From Blastocystis sp. Blastoise (Eukaryota > Protista > Bigyra: Opalinata): a DNA stretch of 64,000 nucleotides. Positions 34,684-56,535 of this stretch are shown piece by piece (the first letter of the stretch is position 1; each line of letters opens with the position of its first letter). Both the position numbers and the translations under genes were made by a program. The stretch covers positions 248,001-312,000 of the forward strand of contig JBBPEB010000015.1 of the NCBI GenBank assembly GCA_039096225.1. Direction: 5' to 3'. Under the pieces are notes generated by a model. That model ran no database searches, was not told the DNA's origin, and saw only the letters and a program-made list of their open reading frames with translations.

Positions 34684-37502
34684 AGAAAAAGAAGAAGAAG
34701 AAGAAGAAGAAGAAGAAAAAGAAGAAGAAGAAAAAGAAGAAGAAGAAAAAGAAGAAGAAGAAAAAGAAGAACCAATTATAGAGACTGATGAAGAATTAGA
34801 TTATTACCGTCAATTAACAGGTGAACAAATGTGTTCATTTTTAGCTACTTATGATAATATTCCACAATCTATAAAAGTCTCAAATGCCATGCTATGGAGA
34901 TGTGAACAAGACAGTAAGTTATCTATTACTATTCTATTCGTATTTCTTGTTGCTTCTTTATTTTTATATATCTATTATGATATATAATTCTATCTCTGGA
35001 TATTATATATTATAACTTATATTTGTTTCCATAGTTTTGATACAATATTGAATAATATATATAGATCAGTTCTTGCCTACTATTACATCAAATAATGGTA
35101 TTTTCTATATATTAGAGGGTGTTGACTCTATTCATCATTCTCAATATATTCAAAACACATTCAAATTCCTATATCTTTGTAGTCAAAGACGTATATTATA
35201 TATAACTATTATTTATTTACGAAATATACATATTATTATTTCTTATGATATATATATATATATAACTATTTTGTGTTTGTTTCTTTTCTATACTCTAATT
35301 AAACGTTTCTTTTTGCTTCATTTTTTTATTTATTATATATTTTCATTTATCCCTTATTTCTAGCGAATCTCCTCGTCTCTATAATTGGAAATAACGGAAT
35401 TGAACGTATATATTATACACTTCAAAGTTACATTCATGAAAATACTATTTGTCTCTTCTGTCTTCGCATACTTAGTAACATCGCAGAAGCAGAACAGGGT
35501 ATATATTATTATATTTGTTATTGTTTTTTTTTTGTGGATATTATTATTTTTTTAATAGTAATATAATCTCTGTTCTCTCTCTATATATATTTATATTCTC
35601 TGTTATATATATATCAGTATATATAACTCTATATTCTTTAACTCTCATTTTCAGGCCGTTATCATAAACGTATTGTACAAGGGGGATTACAGAACATTCT
35701 TAACGTCATGGGAGAACACAGTTCTGATGCAGATATTGATCAGGTTTGTGTTCATCTCATTGCTATTCTCTCTCTCACTGGTATATATATATATATAATA
35801 TCATTATTATATATATTATCTTTTATCTACTTATGGGTCACTATCTATTCTTTATCCCCTACCTCTAGCGTCTTCCAGAAGTCAGATTATTGCCCATAAA
35901 GGGATAGACATGATCTATTATTCTATCTCTACGTTCCTTAATAATAAAAATATTATTCAAGAATGCTGTAAGGCACTTCATATTCTTGGAAGAACAGGTA
36001 TACATATTATTTATTATTTTATCATATGTATTTTATAATCTCCTTAATCTTTTTATAATTTCTTTATAATTTCTTTATAATTTCTTTATAATTTCTTTAT
36101 AATTTCTTTATAATTTCTTTATAATTTCTTTATAATCTTCTTTATAATTTCTTTATAATTTCTTTATAATTTCTATATAATTTCTATATAATTTCTTTAT
36201 AATTTCTTTATAATTTCTTTATAATCTCTTTAATTTCTTTATAATTTTTTTATAATTTCTTTATAATTTCTTTATAATCTTTTTATAGAGCCTCAAATAT
36301 TATATGATACGCATGTATTCCAATATATATACCTTATTTACCAACAAGAGGAGTATTCCCGTGAATATGAGATCAGTTTGGAGCTTCTTTCTATTATAAC
36401 AAATATATATCAATTACGAGATATTGATGGAACTAGTCTTCTCTCTCCGAATCTCTTAGTATTTTTATTAAAAGATGATAAATATTTAAATAAACAAGAA
36501 TATGTCAAAGCATTTGCGTGTTTACTTCAAAATATTACTATTTATGGTATATATATGTATATTATGAAAAGGATAGATCATATATAACTCACTATTAGTA
36601 TTATTATACTTATTATTATGATTATACTTATGATTATACTTCTTATTATATAGATGATATTGATGCTGAACTGATGAAGATGGATATAGCTTCTACTATT
36701 ACTTCTCTTCTAGACCTCTATACTAAAAACTATGCTATTCTCCCACCTATTCTTAACGCGGTATTAAATCTTTCTGCTAAAAGTATATATACTATTATAT
36801 ATAAATTAATATATATATATTCTTGATGAGATATGTATTATTATTGTTATTATAGTTTATTGCTTTGTATTGATAATCTATTATCAATTTATTATAATAT
36901 AGTATATATATATATATATTATAGGTAATATTGAATATCAATTAACCAAATCCACTATATACCCCAAAGTGTGTTCTATTCTTCATTTATATAATGAAAA
37001 ATCTAATAATAATAATATTGATATACTTAATGTTTTACTAGATATCGTCTATAATGCTGTCATTCATCCTCGTAATTTGTCTATCCTTGGAAGTGACACA
37101 CTCACTGAAGTTCGTTCTATTAACAGCACTTTTACGGAGGAGAAACACATTGTACAAGTGTCCAATAATATCATTAAGTTATTTACTGATTACCGTATAT
37201 TTTTTATTTATATGATTATAATTATTTCTATATCTTATGAACTATAAATTTATTCATATTTACAATTTTTGTAATTTCTTTTCTATCGTTTCTTTGTTAA
37301 TATATATATATATATATATATATATAGTTTCTCGTGGATATCGTCTTGGTGCTGCGGGTACACATAAAGGTATAAATTCCCTTGGGAATAAAATGAAGAA
37401 ACTTGAAGGAATGGGTATGATATATATATTTATTTATTATATTCAATTTTTATATAGGTGTTGTTGTTGAAAAACCGGAAAAACCTGTTCTTAACGCATC
37501 AA

Positions 37503-37557
<55 letters not shown>

Positions 37558-37597
37558 GATCCTGCTATTATTGATCCTCAAGATGTCCCTGTTCCAA

Positions 37598-37638
<41 letters not shown>

Positions 37639-37698
37639 ATGCGGATCTTATTCCCAAAGTTCCTGCTGGAAAATGTATATATAATATATATATAATAA

Positions 37699-37755
<57 letters not shown>

Positions 37756-39181
37756 CTCTTCCTGCTCTTCCTTCAAAACCTGGTAAAGGTAAGAATAATA
37801 TATAATAAAAGAATAATTATTAATATACACATAATTAATATGGAGTTCTAATTACTACTTAAAATATAATAAATAATATAATTATATTTGTAATATTTAT
37901 TATATAGCTCTTCCTCCTCCTCCTCCTAGTAAGCCTGGTAAAGGTATATATTTATTTAATAAGAATAAAATAATAATTGTTATTATATTATATTATATTA
38001 TAGCTCTTCCTCCACCTCCACCCGGTAAACCTAGTAAAGGTATATATATATATGTATATAATATTGAGAATATATATTAACTTTATAGCTCTTCCTGCCC
38101 CGCCACCCATGCCCGCCAAACGTATATATTATTCATTATGTCTCTATCATCTTTAGCCCTCCCAACCCTTCCCGGCAAACCTATTCTTCGAAAGACACCT
38201 GCCCCTCCAGGTATATATATATACATATCTCTATATATAAACATATCTATATATTTGTATATTTATATCTATATATATTATTCATATATAGCTGAACCTC
38301 AAATCCGTATATATTGATTATTATATATATATAATGAATCTAGCTACTTTTTCTGATAAGGACTTAAAGCAATTAAATAAGAAGATGAAGGGAGAAAACA
38401 AATTATTATCTCTATTCAAAAAGAAGCCTGCTTCTACTGAATCTGATATCGTCATCCCTGACGCACCCGCTGTCGATGAATCAATCTTTGACGCATTCAA
38501 TATGACTTCAGGATCCTCACCCTCTCTTCCCGCCAAACCCATGACTCCCACCAAACCCATGATTCCTGCCAAACCTGTATTTATTATATATTTATAATAA
38601 TAATAATTATTAATATATAGGGTCAAAGTATGCGCTTTAATGATTCTTCATATATATATATATATATGATCTCTTATTCATTTATTTATTTATTAAAAAC
38701 TTTAAATATATAAGAACTATAGAGTTCTATTGTTCATATCTTGCTATTTCTTTTATTTTAATAATATATTATATATATATGTTTTTTATTAAAATATTTT
38801 TGTTATACTTGAGAAGTCTTCTTTAAATTTATTGTTATTTATATATAGAAGTAGAATATGATTTGATTACTGGACTACCTATATATTCTTCTTCTTCTAC
38901 ATCAACTTCTGACTCTCAAGGTATATATATATAAATATATTATATATAATATATATAATATATTTATAGATTTATTAGGTGACTCATTCTTCTCACAACC
39001 AACAAGTATATACATATTATATATAATATATATTTATGTATATACATCTTTATATATTATCTATCATCTATATCTATGTATATACATCTATATATAATAT
39101 ATAGATAAGCCAATGCCATCTCTTCCCGCCAAAAAGAAGGAAGCGGTAAACATTACCTATAGTTCTTTAGACTCTTTTTAA
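34223..39181 (+). CDS. Ubiquitin-like domain + acidic tract + armadillo-like repeats + proline-rich tail (over 20 exons; last exons uncertain)
   Basis: MKITL...TFDV.PGETVQ...TPIEQYGLED (Ubl), poly-Glu, 42-45 aa helical repeats (GGITEHLNVMGEH; CKALHILG), ALPPPPPxKPxK microexons. Confidence 0.72.
36050..36285 (+). repeat. Intronic 11-mer minisatellite (TAATTTCTTTA)n
   Basis: About 20 near-perfect units inside one intron. Confidence 0.9.
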
Positions 39182-41438
39182 TTTATATTTTATCACTTTT
39201 TTATACATCTCGAAATGTAAGTATTAATATGAATAATAACTTTCTTCTATATATATATTTTCTCTCTTGTTGTGATTATAGTGTTATATAATTCTTTTTG
39301 AAACAACTATATATGTTATATTATCTTAATATATATATTTTTTTAATTATATTATAGTTTTAGTTTTATATTTTAACATTTTGCATTTTTTTGTTGGCTT
39401 ATTTTAATTTTATTTTATGCGAAACATATATGCTATAAACATAACTCTAAAGCATTTATATATTACTACTTTTCATAAACTAAATGTCTTGATCCAAAAA
39501 GTTTACTACTTATTAAAGTGGAATTTAAGAAATCAAGTTTGATATATCAAGTATCAACACTTTCCACATTCGTGAAATAGCTTACCACAAAGTTACATCA
39601 TTACGACAGAGTTATGCAACAGTAGTTCAATTTGTCTCAATAAATAATAGAATAATTACAGAAAATGATCGTGCCACTTCTTAAATGACTAGATCATCTT
39701 CTAATTTTCTTCTATTTGTTTATTTACATTGGTTTATTTAGAATTTTAATAGAATTTCTTAGAAAATTCACCATTTTTCAACACAATTCAGGTTTCATCT
39801 GTTTTTTTCGATCAGTTGTTTTTTTGAGAAACACAAAAGGGATTTACGATTCATTGGTATAATCAGAAATGATGTAAGCCATTGATTCTTTTCTATATAT
39901 TACGTCATAAATATAGTATTTAACTGTTATTTTTGTTGTTATATGTTTGATAACATCAAAATAAATGGAATTCAAACAATTATTTTGGATTGTATTGTTT
40001 TTCTTCAAAAATATATACAGTATATTCATTAACTTGTAAATTCTCATAGTATGATGTTTTGTTACATTGAAAAATACTTAATGAAAGTCTTTCACAAGAA
40101 TATAACTAGTTTTTTGAATTATTTACATGTTTTTCACGTCAGTGAATAAACTTTTTTGCAGCATAGCGATTCTTTAAATGTATTCTCTAGGAATCCTGAT
40201 ATTCTTTGTTACTAGGAACTTGGAAAAAAAGTGAGAAAACTAAGTAATAATTGGAAATAGTTGTTCTGTTTTCTTTTCAACAATATAAAGTACGTTGAGT
40301 TGTGTTGAATAGCATGTGATTATCGTTTATAAGTAAAGAAAAAGTGGGAGTTTGAAAGAATTACGTCTCCACATTGTTTATATTTCTTTTATTTGCTTTC
40401 ATGATATACTACATTCGTATATAATATATTTAATATAACAGAAATATGTAAAAAATATTCGAGTGATGGCAAACCATACAGACTTTATGGTTCTTGTTTT
40501 CTTTCATAAGGTCATTAAAGAATGTATTCGTTTTTCGTTTTTAAAGAAGCCACAAACAGCGGGATGTTTAGAATCATGAATATTTGAAATTATTCCTTAA
40601 AAAATTGTTTTTCTCCAGTGTTTTAGGAATTCTTTAAGAATTTCAGAATTCTCAAAGAACTATGAAGAAACAAAGGAACAATTGTCCCACAATTTTTTGT
40701 GTCGTATTTAAAAAATAGTTCTAAATTGTGGATGACCATTGCATTTAATCGTTTTTTGGGACAAGGAGACTCGTGCAAAACATATATATGAATAAAAGTA
40801 TATAATATTTATATAAAAAAGCGTTGTTTGAAATAAATATGTTATAAATTAATTAAACAAGTGCTGACATATATATTACATGTATCATGAAGATGCGACG
40901 TTGTAAATTATATATAACGTTGAGAAATAATGGTGTATAACAACTTGATTTTTAGAAAAATGTGTTTATCAAAAAGATTCATGACTATTCAGAGGGGATA
41001 CATCTTATGCATATTGTTTATAATTGAAAACAATCGAAAAAACAAATATAAACATCATACACAAACGCAAACCTGAGTGTCATTAATAGAAAAATGCCAC
41101 ATAATCTAATGGATATATCTCTGTTTTTTGAGAAGAAAGGGACATAAACAGGATAATGGCCCTTAATTATACCGGTTTAAAAAGTGGGTTGTTTCATTTG
41201 CTTTTTCCTTTTTTCTACCATTAATTCGGTTTTTGTTGGTTTTGCTATCATGATTGTTATTGCTGGTTCTATTAAAGGTTCTCGATTCACAAATTGTTAC
41301 ACATTTTATATGTTTTTTTAACTTCTTTAGGAATAGTTTCTATTTTATTTTGTGTAAATTTTACACTTTTCTTAACAATTTAAATATACTTAAAAAAGTC
41401 AGTTATATTTGTTTTTTTCAATCTCTTACTTACATCAA

Positions 41439-42311
41439 ATGAATCCCAATCGAAGAATCAATGAATATCCTGTTTATCAAACAAGTCAAGATAGAGGGTA
41501 TATGCCTAGAACAGAAAGCTATCCACCTCGTCGTTATGAAGATCAATATTATCCTGAATCAAACTCTTATTCAGTAAGAGAACAAATGTCTAGAGCTCCT
41601 GAGGTTGATTACCGTTATTATCAGCAAGGTATGATATTGCATTATATAGATTTCTATGTCATTTTTTATAAATTATAGATATGAATATGTATTCACAACC
41701 ATCCAATGTATATCAGGATAACTATGGTGAAGAGATTCAAGAACCTGACTATCCTAATGATTATGATGTATATTATCAGCGTCCTGTTGCTCATAGAATC
41801 CCTGAGCGTTATATTGCTGAATCATACCCTGAGTATGAACAACCAAAAAGATATGTTTCTCCTACAATTCAAAGAAATCATACAAGTCCTGATGTATATT
41901 CACGACCAACATGTAAGTTTTTTCTTTTCATTTTCATATAATATCTATTTTATGTATCTAGACGTTCAAAGAGAACATGTATCTATTCCTGAAGCTCCTA
42001 ATAAAGATGAAACTCCTTCTGTAGCTAATCTTATTAATGGAAAAGAAAAACGTGTGGTCGTCATGATTCGTAATATTCCTAATAGGTATATATATATATG
42101 TAGTTGAATTATTCAATATAGTTATAATCCATGTTTATATATATATATATATAGATATAAGGAAGATGACTTAAAACGTGTTTTAGATTTAACAGCTAAG
42201 AGTATATATTTATATATATATTATTTAAAATAAGTATTTATTATTTATATATATATTATTTAAAATAAGTATTTATTATTTATATATATATTATTTAAAA
42301 TCAATCTTTAT

Positions 42312-42351
<40 letters not shown>

Positions 42352-43254
42352 TAAAATGTCTTTATTATTTATATATTTCCTTCTATAGATATGTATAAGA
42401 TTATTCATTTACCTTATGATGCTAAAACAAAGAAGAATTTGGGATATGCATTTATTCGTTTCTATTCTACTCAAGCTCTTAGTACTACAATGATTGCTGT
42501 ATATATATTTATATATATTTATATATATTTTTATATATATCATTTATATGTATATCTTTTCTAAAATATCTTTAATAGTTTTGTTAGTTATACTATTGAT
42601 TTTTATATTGTTTATTTTCCTATCTTATATTTATATATATTTATTCTTTTATATATATATATATCTTTATTTTTCTACTATATATAGAGACATGGTAATC
42701 TTTGGCCTAATTCTAACAGTTTAAAGAAATGCATGTTTTATTATGCTCAATTCCAAGTATATATATATATATCAATTAATATATAAAAATAATAAAAATA
42801 AATATAAATAAATAAATACATATAATATATATAGAATAAATGTGATGAGGAAGCCTATATACATGAGAGAGAGCTTGTCTGTCACAGTTCTACTCCTTCT
42901 ACTATGGTTACTACTAGTACTAGTACTACTGCTACGGCTACTACTACTGCTACTTCTCATTCTGCTACTCCTTCTCCTGCCTCTCATATTTCATCACCTC
43001 CTCTTCATCATACATCTCTCTCTCCTTCAAGTCAACCCCCTAATCCCGCCAATATACAAGGATTACCCGCTCATAACTCGTATCCTCGTGTAGCTACCAA
43101 TTACTCACCTTATGGAACAATATCATCCTCTATGGATTCCATTAGAATTCCTACATATCCCACTCGCTCTCTCCTCAATGGGAACACCGTACAATCGATG
43201 AACGGATCAAACATGAATAGTGTTCCAAGCTCGTCTTACTATTATCGACTCTAG
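41439..43254 (+). CDS. Mei2-like RNA-binding protein (single Mei2-type C-terminal RRM)
   Basis: GKEKRVVVMIRNIPNRY, IIHLPYDAKTKKNLGYAFIRF, HGNLWPNSNSLKKC...YAQFQ, flanked by Y/P-rich and S/T-rich low-complexity regions. Confidence 0.85.
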
Positions 43255-44415
43255 GAATATATACCTCCTCTTTCTATATGAATATATATATATATTTATA
43301 TTTATCTCCTTATTTTCCTTATTTTTCTCTCTCTATATATATCGATATGTCTCTGTATATCGATATCTCATCTTCCTATATATATAATCCTATTTCCCTC
43401 TCTTCTTTATTGCTTGCTTGCTTTCTCTCCTTCTTTGTATTTATATATATATCGGTATTTACAGATATATATATATTTACGAATACTGTAATTTGAATAA
43501 CAATTCCTTCTATCTATATATATATGTATTATATATATATATAGATGCTTCATTAAGCTATTTTGAATATAAATAACTCTATACTTTATGTATGATACAC
43601 ATATCAATGTTTTCTATTTCTTTTTTTATGAGATTATTCTACTGTCAGATTCTCATGACTATATTAATATTATAATGTATTCTTTTTAAAAATTACAATT
43701 TTTATGTATATATATTTAAATTATTATATAGAAATTGTTATATGATATTATTTGATGTAAACTGAATTTATTATCTCTATATTGTCTTATCTGTTTATTT
43801 TTCTATATATGTAAATTATTATTTGTTTACAAGTAGGCTTTTTTCTCCATATATATAATAAATATATACTATATATATTGTATATATATATATATATATA
43901 TTTTTTTTAAATAGTAAATATACTATCCTATCCTAATCTATTGTTTTTCCTTTATAATACTATACACAGTATACTATATATAATAGTATAAATATAGACC
44001 ATCTAGGTCAGTATCTTATTACACTGATTTATATATATATATATATCTGTACCATTAATATATTCTTAATTATATATATATATATATATTCTAATCTCTG
44101 ACTCCTCCTCTTTATATTGTATATTTATATGATAAGGACTTCAATTGTCCTCTTATTATATATGATTTTACCTTATTCTATTTATTCTTTATATATATAT
44201 ATATATATAAATACGATTCAATACTTATAATCAATATTTCTTACTGTTTTACACCTTATCCATATATATGTATATATATATATATTACTCTTTCACATAT
44301 TTATCCTCGTTTTTATTTGTCTTTTTCTTTTAAACGAAATCGTTTTCTTATTTCGGATTTCCTGTTATTTACGATATATATATCATTGTAAATATTTTAA
44401 AGTATCTATTTTTAC

Positions 44416-44468
<53 letters not shown>

Positions 44469-45804
44469 GTATATATATATGTATCTACTCTTTCAAATCT
44501 CTTTTTTCTATATATCTTCTCTCTTTATTAGAGACTAGATATTCTTCTATTTTTCTTCTTCTTCTTCTACTTTGTTTATCGATTTATTCATTTTTTTTTT
44601 GAATTATTCATTTCTATTCTATCTATACATTCTCTATATAAGTATATTTCATTTTTCTCATTATATTTTTCTTTTTCTCTATTCACTACTTCTTGTCCGT
44701 TGTCAATATTTCTTACAATCTCTTTTTATCAAAGATTATTTGTACAGTTTCTCATATATATACATACTTTTCTCTAGCTCAAAAGTATTATATTTCGACA
44801 AGTTTTTTAAGTTTCTATTATTCAAAACCTATTCTTCATCTATATATAAACTAAACTTTCTCTTTTTATTTATATAATTATATTTATATATATTTAATTT
44901 ATTACTTTTTTATTTTTTTTAAAATTCTTATCTCGTTAACTATAATTAGAGTTCAACATGACATTATATCTGTATTAATATACTATTCTTTCTTTTTTTT
45001 ACTTCTTATTAGGTATTTATTTTGATTTATTTATATATTATTTGGTATATATATATATATATATCTTATATCTATTGTATATATACTAGTCTATTTTTTT
45101 CTTAGGTTTTTTTGTTATATGAATATCGTTTATATATATATTCTTTTCTTATTGTATACTTATACTTATTCATATTATTACTATATATATATATATATAT
45201 ATTCGTTAATTGATTGAGTGATTTATTTATTACTATATATATATATATATTTTCTATATATGTTGTTCTTCTTATTTCATTTTCTCTTGTTTTTATATCT
45301 TTGATATCTTTTTAACTGCTTTTTCAATATATATATATTTTATCATATATATTTTATTTTTTGCTTTCTTTTTTCTACTTTGTATTTATAAGTTCTTTTC
45401 TTCTATTTATCATACTATTCTGTTTTTCTTACTTTTAAAACTATATATATATATATTTATTAGTATTCTTTATTTCTTTGTCTTTTCATTTGACTTTTTT
45501 TTCTAAGTTATTAAATGTGTATATATTGACTTTTCAACATTTTATATGTGTATCCCTCTATATAGTTTTATATATATATAAAGTATACATATTTTTCAGT
45601 ATACAGTAACTATATAAAAGTGGATTGCAATAGTTAATGTCGATGAATAATTCTTACATTTATTTGTTATTTCTCTTTTTCTTTTGTCTTCTCTATATTT
45701 CTCTATTTCTTTATTTCTCTATTTCTTCTTATTTATTTAAGTATATATCTATATACTATTTCGGATATTTTATTTCTTTTGTTTCTTCAATATGCCTTTA
45801 TTCG

Positions 45805-45870
<66 letters not shown>

Positions 45871-46970
45871 GTTTTTATTCTTATAGTGCAGCTTTATTTT
45901 TTCGTTAATTACATTATATAACTATATAAATATATATATTAAAGTTATATATGTATATTATAATTCAGAATATAATTATATAATATGTTTTCTCTTATTT
46001 TATTTTTAATGATTATCTTTTTGTATTAATAAATACATATAATATTATTTTATTTTTTTTTATATCTTTGGATGCCATCTTTTGATTTATTATTATATAT
46101 GTATATCCTGCTTCTTTAAACTAGTATTACTCTAATATATCAATGTAATTCAATTCTTATTGTAATATATCTAATATAGTATACTATAAACAATATCTAT
46201 GTCTATTCCATATACTAAATATATAGTATACCTTTATTTATTATTTATGTATATATAGTTTTATAGCTTCTTTTTATGAGCAACGATATATTATATTCTT
46301 CTATATATATGTATGTATACATATATATAAATTCTTCATATTTTTATATAACTTTTCTAATTTTATTTTTATGTAATTTATTTACTAATTTGTATTTATG
46401 ATTATTTATTTATTTTTTTTTTATTTTTATATTTTGATTTAGGATTGTTTCTCTATCTTTGTTTTTTTTTTGTTTTTTCACTATGTACATATGTACATAA
46501 TTATTTATAAATTTCTGTCTTCACTTTATTTTATGCTAAACTATTACAATAATGTTCTATTATACTTTTTTATATTTAACGAATTTATATATCTATATTC
46601 TATATTGTTTTTCTTTTTTTCATTTTTTTTATTATCGTTGTGTGTGTACACTAAACAATCAAGTATGTGAAGTATGTATTTATATATTTATATAGTATGC
46701 TTACTATATGTATATAATATATTCATTTACTGAAAATATTTCTTAATATTATTTGCTATTTTTTTTTATTTGTTTTAAAAATGTCTTTGTAAAATCTAAA
46801 TATTTAGTTTATTTGTTTTCTATTTATAATAAACATTACACGTTACCAACATTAATATTTACGATGAGATTAAGTATCAAAAAAACAATAAATTTAAAAA
46901 ACATATTAAAATTAATTTTAGAGGGAAATAAATAAACGCGGTATAAAAAACTAGTTCATATTTTTAAAAA

Positions 46971-48999
<2,029 letters not shown>

Positions 49000-49819
49000 A
49001 TGCACACTATTAAAATTGAATTATAACTAGAATCACTGTAGTCTTTATATAAGTCCTGTTTTGTTTATTTTTATCCAATATATTCAACAATCTACATCAT
49101 TATACTTACTTATATAAGGTGTATCTTAAATTTCAATACTCATTTCTTTATTTTAAATACAATTATAAAAATAAAATCAACATCAATCAATTCAAACACT
49201 TCGAGAAATATATATTTTATGATCATCATTTTCGATAGAATACAACTGGTGCTCTTTATATCCGTATAAAGCTTGGCATAACCATTGAATTGAATAGAAG
49301 CAATTAATATTATGATATCTTTCTGTCGTCTTGGGAATGAATATATTCAGTCCAACTATTGTGTTTAGTTTATTTGATTGATTCAATTATGAGGCAATTT
49401 AACAAACAAAAAAAACGAATCATGAATTGCATCTTGAAAAGGCCCTTATTATTTTTTCATGTATAACATTAGGGTACCTAAGTTAGAAATTTATGGAATA
49501 ATGAAAAAAGTATGTAGAACACATTTATATTAACGGGAGAAAAAGATGATAATCAACCCTATTCATTATATTGTTGGGTCCTTAATCTATTTCTTTATGG
49601 AGTAGTTTATTCTTCCTATCATTTGATTGGTAAGTAGAGTTGCCCTTCTCTACAAAGAAATCAGTTTCTGCACCATTCATTTACTTTTTCCTTTACCAGT
49701 CATTTCGTTGGTTTTCCCATGAATATAGAATTGTTATAAACATGGAGTTCGTGTTGTGTTTTATTCAAATTTCATTTTATCGTTGATATCTGTATTTTGT
49801 ATTGTGATAATTAAAAACG

Positions 49820-54656
<4,837 letters not shown>

Positions 54657-54954
54657 ATCAACACCGTATAATAGATCATTCCTTTTATTTTTTACTTATA
54701 CATATTAATTTTATTTACATGATACGTTTTTTAATATCAATGACCTCTTAATTATATTTCTTTCTAAATTTAAATTGATGAAGCACACATGAGTATTGTG
54801 TTTTCATTTTGTATTGAGCCATATATTTTGTTTTCGAATATTGTTTTGTTATTTATAAATTGCAACAATTTATAACAATATTAACCATGTTGTTATTTAA
54901 TAATGGCATATTAAATTAAAAAAACTGTTCAACATTTTTCTTTTTGGTAGTGTC

Positions 54955-56327
54955 ATGCAAACAACACGTTTATTTGTCTCTGAATTACTAAAACAAAAGA
55001 GAGTATATCTATCAGGATCTTCTGTATTCTTGAGAAGGTTAATAGTCGCCACTCATCCAGATGAAGATGTCAATCAAGAAAATAAACCTGCTAAAGATGC
55101 AGAATCTATAAGTAAAGATCACAGCCCAGTGAAACTAGAGGGAGTTACTGCGTTTCGAAGAACTAATAACGAAATGAATCTAGATCGTACAGAGAAACGA
55201 TATCTTAAATATAGTTCCTTATCTAAACGTCTTGGATCAACTTTAATTGATTTCGGTGTTGCTTTTGCAATTGGTGGTTGTTGCCAATTCTTCATTGAAC
55301 CAATATTTGGACTAGGTATCTTTAATCCTATTATTGTCAATCAAATTGTGACATATCCAATATATTGCTTAAGTGATTGTTTATCTCCTTCATCTCGTTC
55401 GTTAGGAAAGCATTTAATGCACATAAAGGTAGTAGATAAAGATAATAATTTAGCAACAAAGATTCAAACGGTGAATCGTGCTCTGTATTTATATACTATA
55501 TATTATTATAATACTTTATATATGTAAAATGTATTAAAAACTTATTATATATATACTATTTATTATAAAACTTATTATATGTATAGATGGTTTTATCCCT
55601 TAATGTTAATAAGTCAGAATCCAAGTTATTTATTAGCGTTTGTAGGGTCCTATCAACTAATTAACTTTTATTGTGTTTTACGATATCGACGTGATTTCTC
55701 TGAATATATGACAAATCTACATACTATAGACGAAGGTTCTACATATACTGAAGTATATTATTATATTATATTATATTATATTATAATATATTATATTATA
55801 TTATATTATATTATATTATATTATATTATATTATATTATATTATATTATATTATATTATATTATATTATATTATATTATATTATATTATATTATATTATA
55901 TTATATTATATTATATTATATTATATTATATTATATTATATTATATTATATTATATTATATTATATTATATTATATTATATTATATTATATTATATTATA
56001 TTATATTATATTATATTATATTATATTATATTATATTATATTATATTATATTATATTATACTGTATTATTATTATTATATTAAAAATAATAACTTAAACC
56101 ATATTTTATATACAACTAATAATATCTAGGATTATAAACGATATAAAGAACATAAAACAACGAAAGAAGAACTTAATATGAGAAATATTAATGTATTCTT
56201 TCTATTGTTTTTCATGGGATTTACTTCATTTATAACTTCACATTATCTTATGGAAAAAAAGCCTGATCAAAAGAAGCCACAAGAAAAAATGAATTTAGTA
56301 ATTGATTTTGGAAAAAATAAAAAATAA
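54955..56327 (+). CDS. RDD-family membrane protein (3 exons)
   Basis: SSLSKRLGSTLID...D...SRSLGKHLMHIKVVD...R (RDD signature); basic presequence-like N-terminus; extra C-terminal TM. Confidence 0.7.
55770..56060. repeat. Intronic pentamer microsatellite (TTATA)n
   Basis: About 290 nt of near-perfect repeat inside the second RDD intron. Confidence 0.95.
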
Positions 56328-56535
56328 AAAAGAGTGAATGAATTGTTGTTACTATTTTGTTATGTTAAAGGTGAATGATATTACAGTTTTTGCATAACAG
56401 TATTTAAATATTAAGAATTAAAAAAAACATAAAAACAAACTATATTCAAAAATTTTGTCACTAAATAGTTATAAACAAAACAAGTAAATAAGAATTAGAC
56501 ATTATAGTAGAAAAATAATTTTTCTAGATGTTTCT

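Noticed and set aside
36050-36285. CRISPR-like, telomeric or mobile-element arrays
   Set aside because: Simple tandem repeats with no spacers, lying inside introns. No transposase, reverse transcriptase or terminal repeats seen in the window.
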